The translations under genes were made by a program, and so were the position numbers. DNA of 64,000 nucleotides from Eledone cirrhosa. Its lineage: Eukaryota. Positions 54,601 through 64,000 of the stretch are shown piece by piece; the stretch's first letter is position 1, and each line of letters opens with the position of its first letter. The notes under the pieces are model-generated. The model had not been told where the DNA came from. It did not search any database and saw nothing but the letters and a program-made list of their open reading frames with translations. Location of the stretch: assembly GCA_964016885.1 (NCBI GenBank), contig OZ024747.1:23250001-23314000 (forward strand), read 5' to 3'.

Positions 54601-57600
54601 AGTATTGGCCCAGGCCATGTCTAACTTAATAGCTGTCAGATTAAATTCAGAAGAAAACCTGGTTGGTAAACACTCACTGAATTATTACCTTCAGATACCA
54701 AGTGTCATGATGTACAGTTTCCCTCTTGCTTTAATAATACACTTTTCTGTCATGAATTGAGTTCTTTATCTCACAACAACAGAAATTTACTCTTTCAATA
54801 CAAACTAACAAAGTTGTCTCTATGTGGTTGCTTGACTTACTACAAGTAGCAACCAAATTTTCATCATATCACACCCTGCCATCTTTAAAAAATACATTGA
54901 ATAATGTAGTCATGGTTACATTATTTGTGATGGTCATGGCTTTTGAACATAGGTTTGTTTAATCAGGGCTAACCTAAGGTTAATCAACAATTTTTACAAT
55001 TCACCTCTTCCAGCCTTCTGTTTGTTTCTTTCCCTAAACTTTACACTACACCATGCATTTACTTACAGCATGCCACACACATTCTCTATCCAATATGGCT
55101 GTATTTACTGACTGAAACTAGTTTGAATCCATGGAAACTAATACATTTCTGGCCTATGAGACAGTGGTTTAATGAATAAAGTTATTGAAACTATGTGAGT
55201 CTAATCGGAATTCAAGAGAAGTGTAAAAATAGGCATCTGGTGATGATAAGAAAATGTATAGATAAAAAATATTTAAAAAATAATAGATTTGTAGATTGGT
55301 CACTCTTTACAATTCCAATCAAAAGCTTGAGTAGTTCACTGTTGGTGTCCTGCTGGAATCTTTTAACCTTTGTAAACTCAATCTATTTTCATGCTTTGTG
55401 TCATTGTCTGCGACATCAATTCTATTTCCCTTTATATCTCAATATTAGACTTTTAAATGATGAATGTGATGGATGTTATTTAAAATAGAATATTTTCTAG
55501 AAAGATATTCCAATTCTTACATTAAGTAGATGTTCAGATGGTGTTAAAACCAATTGCTTCGAAGCCACAACCTTCAACTGTTTCTGAATCATTGAGTTGA
55601 GAACTAATTTAAGAGAATTCTGTTTAGAATCTACTGTGTCTCCTTTTTCTTTTTCTTCCAATTCTCCTTTCATTGCCTGAAATGAAATAGATTCAGAGAA
55701 GTTTTTGCCTGTCAAACGTAGTTGTTGACAATTTCCTTTAACTCTTTCATTCCCATATTTTTCATGAAATACATTGAATATGTTTCAGTTAATCACCATC
55801 ATCATCATTATCGTTTAACCTCCATTTTCGACGTTAGCATGGGTTAGACAGGTCGTCCTATTTGAGGCAAGTTGGGCCAGCGGACTGTGTCGTACTCATA
55901 TAGAACTGTTTCTAACACCTACCATAATGTCAAAAATAATCAACAATTTGGAGGTTTTTAGTAACTTTTTTCATTAAGTTGATGTTTAAAACATAAAAAA
56001 TGTACTTATATAAAACATTGACAGAAGGTTTTAATCTAGATATAAATGCTTTAAAATGGACAGTTTTATCACAGTACCAATGGCAGTTTCATATGGGTTG
56101 GTATTAAAAGAGTTGAATATGTAATTCTGACCTATATTTAGCTTTATTCTGTTCTTCCAGGAGACACCAACATGACCTCTTTACAATGTGGACTGGGGAG
56201 GGAGGGAGGGGGTACATGTATATGGGGTGGGGATTGGAGAGGTAGGTCTAGAGTGGGACTCTTAGCTGGGGAAGGGCAGCTAGGTATGACCTGGGTGGAG
56301 GATGGAGTGTCAGGATGTGGAGGTATATGGAAGGGAGAGGGCAATGCTTACTAGAGACTGCCAGATGTATGCTTCAGTCCATGTACATGGGAAGGCAGGT
56401 CTTCTGCATATTGATGAGATTCTAAGGTTAAAGTATCAGTTAACCTTTTTAATACCAACTTTCCCAAACAAAACCACACTATTTAAATTAAAATCTTCCA
56501 ACATAATTTTATCCAAAAAGCTTTTAATTTATGTTACAAATAGAATCAAAATAGCAAAATAATTAATATAATTCTAGTAAATCCATTCAAATTTTTCATT
56601 AACACTCAATATCCTGTAATGATTCAGCAGAAAATATTTTAAAATGGAGTCTGTTAAATCAAATGTTTATAGTATTAGAGTAAAGATTTCAATGTTTAAT
56701 GTGATACAGTCATTGTGTTGATTTGTACTTTACTAGAATGTCTTGCTAATGTATGTTTCTGCTGAATCCTAACAATATTGAGGGTTAATGAAGAATTTGA
56801 AGGAATTTACTGGAATTATATTAATTATTTTGTTAAGTGAAGGTGCATGTTGGATTCACAAACGTGAGGTTGTGAGTTCAATTCCTGGGCCAGGTAATGT
56901 GTTGTGTCCTTGAGCAAGACACTTTATTTCACGTTACTCTTTCTGCCAAGAGTTGCGACCAGTATATAGTATTAGTAATTTGAAAGACCAATGGAAACAT
57001 TGTTTCCTTTGGTCTGATCTGATGAGTTCCATCCCACTTGATAAACAAATGAGGTATGGGAGCTTGTTGATTTAGAATCCGGTTTGAATGTAGGTTCATG
57101 TGATACAGAAGATTAAGAATTTGGTTTTATTGAAGGTTCATGGGGTACAGGTCATAAGAATTTGGTTTTATTGTAGGTTCATGTGGTACAGGTCATAAGA
57201 ATTTGGTTTTATTGTAGGTTCATGTGGTACAGGTCATAAGAATTTGGTTTGAATGTAGGTTCATGTGGTACAGGTCATAAGAATTTGGTTTTATTGTAGG
57301 TTCATGGGGTACAGGTCATAAGAATTTGGTTTGAATGTAGGTTCATGTGGTACAGGTCATAAGAATTTGGTTTTATTGTAGGTTCATGGGGTACAGGTCA
57401 TAAGAATTTGGTTTTATTGTAGGTTCATGGGGTACAGGTCATAAGAATTTGGTTTGAATGTAGGTTCATGGGGTACAGGTCATAAGAATTTGGTTTTATT
57501 GTAGGTTCATGGGGTACAGGGCATAAGAATTTGTTTTGAATGTAGGTTCATGGGGTACAGGTCATAAGAATTTGGTTTGAATGTAGGTTCATGGGGTACA

Positions 57601-60258
57601 GGACATAAGAATTTGGTTTGAATGTAGGTTCATGGGGTACAGGACATAAGAATTTGGTTTGAATGTAGGTTCATGGGGTAAAGGACATAAGAATTTGGTT
57701 TGAATGTAGGTTCATGGGGTACAGAACATTAAGAATTAATTGATTCAAATACAATCTACTTCATTAAAAGTATAATTAAGAAAGGTTGAACTGATTGTAA
57801 GGAATTGAAATATGTATCTACCTGTTGTTCCCCATCATTATTATATACATTACTTATAAAACTCCACACATCCTTCTCATTAGTGGCTTCTCTTAACAAA
57901 CTGATTAAACCTGCAAAATTAAAGTAGAACCAATTACAAAATGGATGCAAAAAATTCAGTTACGAGATTATTTTTTATCTCCAATTAATAATAAAATATA
58001 GCCTGATGCTTGCTCTCTCTCATCTTGCTCTTGTGCATTTTATTATTAAACCAGCACTTACTACCATATATCATTGCACTTCATACACAAACATCATACA
58101 ATTCTTTTTTCCATGCTGATATGAGTTAGATTATGAAAAGAAAAGTGAGGGTGGAGGTGGCATTCTCTGTTGGCATGGGTTGGACAAGGAACAGGGTTTG
58201 GGCTGGGAGTAGGGAGCACAACTTTTACTCTGAGAGAAAGGAAATCTTTACTGCTAGAGGTAGTAACTTCATGAACTTTTTCCATCCTTTACTACTTCAT
58301 CTCCTGAAACATTGGATCAAAACATTGCTCCAATGTCTAAAACCTATCAGCTGTTATATATAAATAAAAATGTGAACTCACATCCATATATATTTAGTCT
58401 CACTGAAATTAGGCTCACCAGAGACTTTTTACCAGCTTGAGATAATTATTTAACTCCCCAATTCCATTGATATTTAACAGTTTTCATCTAGATTTACGAC
58501 CTAATCTTTCTTAAACTGTTAGTAACAGAAGCCCAGCTAGTATAGTTCTCTAACAATTCACAATCCACATGAGATATTTTTCTGTAAAGTAATTACATTT
58601 CTTTCTACAACCTTTCAAACCATCAACATTTTCTTTAAATTCTTTTTAAAATTAGATATAAACAGATTTATATACCAGAGTCTTTAAGTTTGATATGTTG
58701 GTAGAATGATGGTACCAAGAGTAAAATTTGGCTTATTTCAGCAGCAAGAAGGGATCTGTAATCCTTATAACTGGGAAAAGAGAGCAAAAAAATAAAAAGC
58801 AACTACATCATAAGAATAAATCTGAGTTCAAATCCTACTAAGGTTAGCTTTGTCTTTCTTCCTTATGAGGTCAATAAAATAAAGTACCAGTAATGCACTG
58901 GAGTAGATTTAATCAATTTTCCCCTCCTGCCAAAAATTGTTGGCCTTGGGTCTAAACCATTATACAGCTATATAAATTCTACTCATAATTATTTTGTGTT
59001 GAGTATATAGTAACAGCTTTAAAAGTACACAGATATATGATTGTTATGAATTATTCATCCATGGATCAGTGAAGATAAATTGTCAATTGCTTAAACTTTT
59101 GGTTATGAGTGATATCCATAAATGAGGGATGAAACCAATTGTGGGTGTTTTTCAATATCTGTTTAGTGAACTCCTTTTAAGGATATTTAACAATTTGAGG
59201 CATTTCAGCTGTTGGTATCTGGTTGGGCTTTGCAATAACCAAATAAATACATATTTCCAATACTAGTGGAGAGGGTTGAATTAGAATTAGTTTACCTTGA
59301 GTTACATGATGTTCTTTTCAAATTATTGCATCTGTGGCCACTGAGTTTCAACAAATCTGGAACATTGTTGTAAACATAAAGGAACAAATCGTCATAGATA
59401 CCGTCATCCTACAAATACAATATTGACATGTTTTCATTTCAAGGTTCTTGTTCTCATTTACACATAAGTGACAGGTGGTTTTGAATATTGTGTGTGTGTG
59501 TGTGTGTGCGCGCGCGTGCGAGGGGAGGGGTTCATTATCATCCTAACATACATTTACATGTAGCTGATGTCTGGAGAGACAGCATGGATGCGTGTGTGAA
59601 ATTAATGGTTAACCCTTTCGCATTTAAACCAGCCATATCCAGCCAGAATTTTCTCACCTCTTTTTGTTCAAACTGGCTATAACTGGCCACTCATACTGAT
59701 ATTAAGGTATTGTTCTCAAAATAAATAATAGCAAAATCTCATAGATTCGATATTATGTGAGATAATTATGTAAGCCTTTACTGTGAAAATATAATAGTAA
59801 ATATAGAATAATGTAAATGCTAATGGGTTAACACATTATCAAAAGTTTAACTTACACTGTTTTCCTCTTGGTCAATTTTGATGGCATTTAGCAGTAAAAT
59901 GACCACAAAACAACGTATGGTTCTTGGCATCATGAACAGGTCAACACTGATGTAATTTCTATCAGAAAAAGAATTTGTGATGTCATTACATCTATAGTTC
60001 TCTCTCTCTCTCTCTCTCCTCACTAAAAAGGTTAAACTTAGCATTAGAAGCAAAAGAGAAAAAAATAGTAATGTTAGTGTTACTTATGATAATATGTAGT
60101 TGCTGTGGTACCTATTTACAGCTGGGTGGACTGAGTCATTTGACAATATTTGCCACCATAGACAGAATACAGTTAGAGTAACAGGATACCAACCATTAAC
60201 TCCCTTAGCTGGTCATTCTGTAACCTACTGAGTTAAACCTACATGTATCTTTAGAAGA

Positions 60259-60302
<44 letters not shown>

Positions 60303-63300
60303 CTATCACCATAAATGTTTTTATATCCACTTTTCCATACTGGCATGGGCTGGATGGAATGTTTTGAGACAATGTTTTAGAGTTAGATGCTCGTCTTGAT
60401 ACCAACTCTTTTAGTCACCTTTGACACCATGCTAGCATGGAAAAAACTAATTGAAAAAAAATGTGGAAAAAAAAATAACAACGAAACAACAAAACTAGTT
60501 TAAAATATAAGTTGTCTTCTTTCCTTCACACTTTTACTAAAATGACAAATTTGCCAAGTGTTTGAGAATAAAAATATCAATTAATGCTCACCCATATTTG
60601 TGTAAGCTGGTTAAGGCCAGCATGTCAACTATGACCTCAGATGGAAGGTGGAACTCTAATGATACCTACTCAACAGAATGGGAAAAAAAAGAAATCAGTG
60701 ATTAAGGAGACAAAATATTAAACAGGATTAATGCTGCAGAAAAACAAATAAAGAATCTTGAATCTGAAGATCAGAGGTTATCATCATCATCATTTTAATG
60801 TCCACTTTCCCTGCAAGCAAGGGTTGGACTTTTACATTGGTGAAAAAATAAAAACAACACACAAACAGTAAATAAAGTTCATGTAATTATTTCTAATTTT
60901 GGCACAAGGCCAGCAATTTGGTTGGAAAGTAAAGTTAGTATTTGACTGATACTTTATTAACTACAGAAAGATTAAAAGCAAAGTTGTCCATGGCAGGGTT
61001 TGTATTCGATATGTAAACAACCAGAACAATTACTTTAAGGTATTTTGTCCAAAGCTCTAATGATTCTGTCAAACTACCACCTTCAATAAAGTTCATATAA
61101 TAAGGTAAGTTAATATGCCATGAGGAGAGATGGATTCTGATGTTTAATGCATTTCCTTTCTTTGAAAAAATGAGAAGTGTCTTAGCTTTGCCTAGAAAAC
61201 TGGAAGTTACTTTTCTTTGCAGTGCACAAAATTTGTCTTAATATGCAAAATATATTTTTGAAATTCTTTTGTTAGTTCCAACCAAATCATGCTAGCATAA
61301 ACATGTCTAAGTCTAAAGTCTGTCTTAAGCCAGAAGGCTCATTTGGCCAGTGCTTGTCCCGGTCTCATGGCATGAAGCAACTGAGAGTACGAGACTCCCC
61401 CTGGACAGGATACCAGTCCATTGCAGGGTTAAACCCCCAGCTATTGCTGGTACTCATTTTCAGTTGAGTATACAGGAGCAACGTGAAATGAAGTGTTTTG
61501 CTCAAGAACACAACACGCATCCCAGGAATGAAACCCATGACATTATGATCATAAGTCGAACACCCTTACCACTAGGCCAAGCAGATGTAAAAATGAAGAG
61601 GATGACAGTGATAATGGTGACAATGAAATATTGTTGCTTTAAATCCATTTTCACATGCTAACAAAAATGGGATAACTTTTGTCAAAGCAATTGTTATTAT
61701 TGTTGTATGTATGAGGGCGGTGGATTGGCAGTATCGGTAGAGGGTCGGACACCATGCTTTGATGCATAGTTACGGCCCTTTACATTCTGAGTTCAAATCC
61801 TGCCGAGGTTAACTTTGCCTTTCATCCTTACGGGGTCGATAAAATAAAGTACCAGTAATGCACTGGGGTAATTGCTGGCCTTGTGCCAAAAGTAGAAACA
61901 ATTATTGTTGTATGTACCTCCTTTTCTGAAAAAGACATATTTGCTGAACTTCTCCATTCACTCTGGCCTTTGAAGCTAGTTACTTACCAGGAGTAAAAGA
62001 AAAAGAATGTTGCTTTTTTCCTTATTTCGTTGTCTGGTTTCCAAGAGTTCTTCAAAAATGTTTTGGTAAATTTCTGATTTCTTAACACTATAGTAAAATA
62101 GAAGGTTCTATAGTTGAGTAAATCCTGATATAAGTTTGGATTTTCATCTCTCTGACACTCATTAACCCTTTACCATTTACATTACTCTATATTTACTATT
62201 GTATTTTAGTGGCAAAGGCTTTATCTCACATAATATCTCACATAATATGGAAGCTACGAGATTTTGATGTTATTTATTTTGAGAACAATACCTTATCATT
62301 GGTATGAGTGGCCAGTTAGGGCTAGTTTGAACAGAAAGAGGTCAGAGAATTCTGGCCAGATATACAACTTCATTTCACGTTGCTCCTGTATACTCAACAT
62401 GGAGGTACATGGCTTAGTGGTTAGAGCATTGGCCTTGCAATCGAAAGGTTGTGAGTTCAATTCTCAGACCAGGTGATGTGTTGTTTCCTTGAGCAAGACA
62501 CTTTATTTCACATTGCTCCAGTTCACTCAGCTGTAGAAATGAGATGATAGGGACTAGGGTCCCTATCATTCCACTGCAAAGTGGTTGTGGAGGTGCCACA
62601 GCAAAAAAGCACCCAGCCCACACTGTAAAGTGGACGTGTAGGCGCCACAGAAAAAAAAAGCACCCAGCACTCTCTGTAAATGAGGTTGGTGTTAGGAAGG
62701 GCATCCAGCTGTAGAAATCAAGCCAGAATCAGTTCCTGTCACACCCTTGCAAGCAGGGAAAAGCGGACGTAAAATGATGATGATGATGATGATGATGATG
62801 ATATGGCCAGTTTAAATGCGAAAAGGTTAAATATTCAGTGATAGAGTTTACTGCACCAATGAAAGATTCTCCACGAGGTCATACAGCAATAAAATGATCT
62901 GATAGGAATTTTTGTGGCACAAGATAAGGGAGGGGAAGGGATCATAAGCAAGCAACTTAGCTAGAAGTCAAGGGCAACATTACTTTTACTGAAGTTTTCA
63001 AAGGCAAGAGACAACTAACATGTACACCTGTAAAACAACAAAAAACTAACATACTCTGTTTCAAACATAACCTTAAATAAAAATAAAAATGAAATCATTA
63101 TAAATGAACCCAAATCATGTTATGGACTACTATTTCTACTATTTCTAGTGCTAAATTCATATATTGATACCATGTGCATTTTTAGTCACTTTCAACCCTG
63201 TATCGATTGAGATTGGTTATTTTGGAATTCCCTCACTGACGATCTGTTTCAAAATACCCAATTTCGCCATTATTTGGTGAAATGTATTCTGATTTTATGG

Positions 63301-63594
63301 AGAATACATAAGAGGGAAATATATTGATCATTATCAGATATTTTGTTTTAATTTTTATTAATTTTAATAAGATTCACTACAAATAAAGTAATCTTGCATT
63401 CAGTACAGATTGTCTCTAATCTTTAAGCTTTGATATATCTTAGTAGACACTTAAGTGTGTATGAATATATTTCATTAACTTTCTTATAATGAGTTATATT
63501 TACTTCTAAATTTCTGTTATTTACCTGCTTAGTTCCAACTGGAGATTTTCCTGCAGGCTGTATGCCAAATATTTCAGTTTCTTCCTGTCTATTT
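42465..63594 (-). CDS. Uncharacterised multi-exon protein-coding gene (segment A; 5' part lies beyond window end)
   Basis: Open GT-AG exons on -: 63594-63525, 62087-61988, 59958-59856, 59408-59296 (DDGIYDDLFLYVYNNVPDLLK), 58581-58501, 57910-57822, 55676-55521, 54447-54357, 54185-54125, 53987-53912, about 51841-51796, 43899-43847, 42605-42465. Most junctions are phase-consistent; two (61988/59958 and 58501/57910) need exons I could not place. Confidence 0.65.
46131..46452 (-). mobile_element. Tandem SINE insertion (one full, one truncated) at the same target
   Basis: TTTCAGGTAATAAT occurs three times, flanking and separating the copies. Confidence 0.8.
47074..48243 (-). mobile_element. Non-autonomous Helitron (1170 bp)
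   Basis: On -: starts TC(TATATATAT), ends CCCGTGCAACGCCGGG hairpin plus CTAG; inserted between A and T with no TSD; no RepHel ORF. Confidence 0.8.
52305..55195 (+). repeat. Local diverged intronic duplications
   Basis: 52305-52481 resembles 53709-53872; 53478-53713 resembles 54965-55195. Confidence 0.75.
57082..57737. repeat. 41-bp minisatellite, about 16 copies, intronic
   Basis: Unit AGGTTCATGGGGTACAGGTCATAAGAATTTGGTT(TTATT/TGAAT)GT. Confidence 0.92.
62401..62802 (+). mobile_element. Composite tRNA/CORE-like SINE with RTE-derived 3' tail
   Basis: TGGCTTAGTGGTTAG / GAGTTCAATTC boxes, CCTTGAGCAAGACACTTTA core, AAAAAAGCACCCAGC repeats, tail near-identical to the RTE 3' end; inserted within a piggyBac MITE. 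Similar copies 8815-9122(-), 51050-51338, 49905-50188. Confidence 0.85.
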
Positions 63595-64000
63595 CTGATA
63601 TCAACAAAATAATAATAATTAAAAAAATATATATATTTTAACATAGATACAAGATAGCACATTTTTTTTAGGAAAGTAACATTCAATTATAACAAGACCA
63701 GTATTTAACTTGTACTTTATTTTATCAACTCCATAAAGCATGTTGTCCGATGTTCAACTGATACTGCCAATGGTGTCTATGGCTGGATGCCTTTCCAAAC
63801 ACCAACCACTTCACAACATGTACTAGGGGAATTTTATTGTAGAGCCACCAATGTTGGGCTGCTGCCATTTCTGATGATGACTGCTTCAGTTGACTCAATC
63901 AACAAAACTACCAAGTGGCTGAGCATTCCACAGACACATGCACCCATAATGTAGTTCTCGGGGGACATAGCCTCACACAATGTGACAAGCCTGATCCCTT

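Noticed and set aside
57082-57737. CRISPR-like periodicity
   Set aside because: Contiguous 41-bp tandem units with no unique spacers, no cas genes, eukaryotic intron.
62401-62470. tRNA gene
   Set aside because: tRNA-like head continues into SINE body; no intact cloverleaf or terminator.

Overview
AT-rich, repeat-dense eukaryotic DNA, most consistent with an octopod cephalopod (inferred from SINE/LINE/microsatellite families; not confirmed). Most ORF-track entries are microsatellite or TE artefacts. Hand-built gene models: (1) 3' end of an extracellular sulfatase (Sulf1/2 family) on +, with two phase-compatible candidate terminal exons (3643 and 19539); (2) one or two uncharacterised multi-exon genes on - (26.7-33.8 kb and 42.5-63.6 kb); (3) an intronless 11-ankyrin-repeat gene on + (35.4-36.8 kb) in a CpG-retaining block, either nested in or head-to-head with the - strand gene. 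The rest is decayed LINEs (CR1/L2-like, RTE with a PHD finger, R4/Dong-like, CRE-like), Penelope-like element (PLE) remnants, tRNA-derived SINEs, piggyBac/pogo MITEs, a non-autonomous Helitron and long micro/minisatellites. Most interesting: within about 11 kb of the Sulf intron, four sequence-unrelated short elements inserted into (TA)n tracts each carry a type I hammerhead ribozyme fold (one with a U3-A8 core covariation), three of them inside fold-back inverted duplications. The dominant SINE also shows a clear ATTAT target-site preference.
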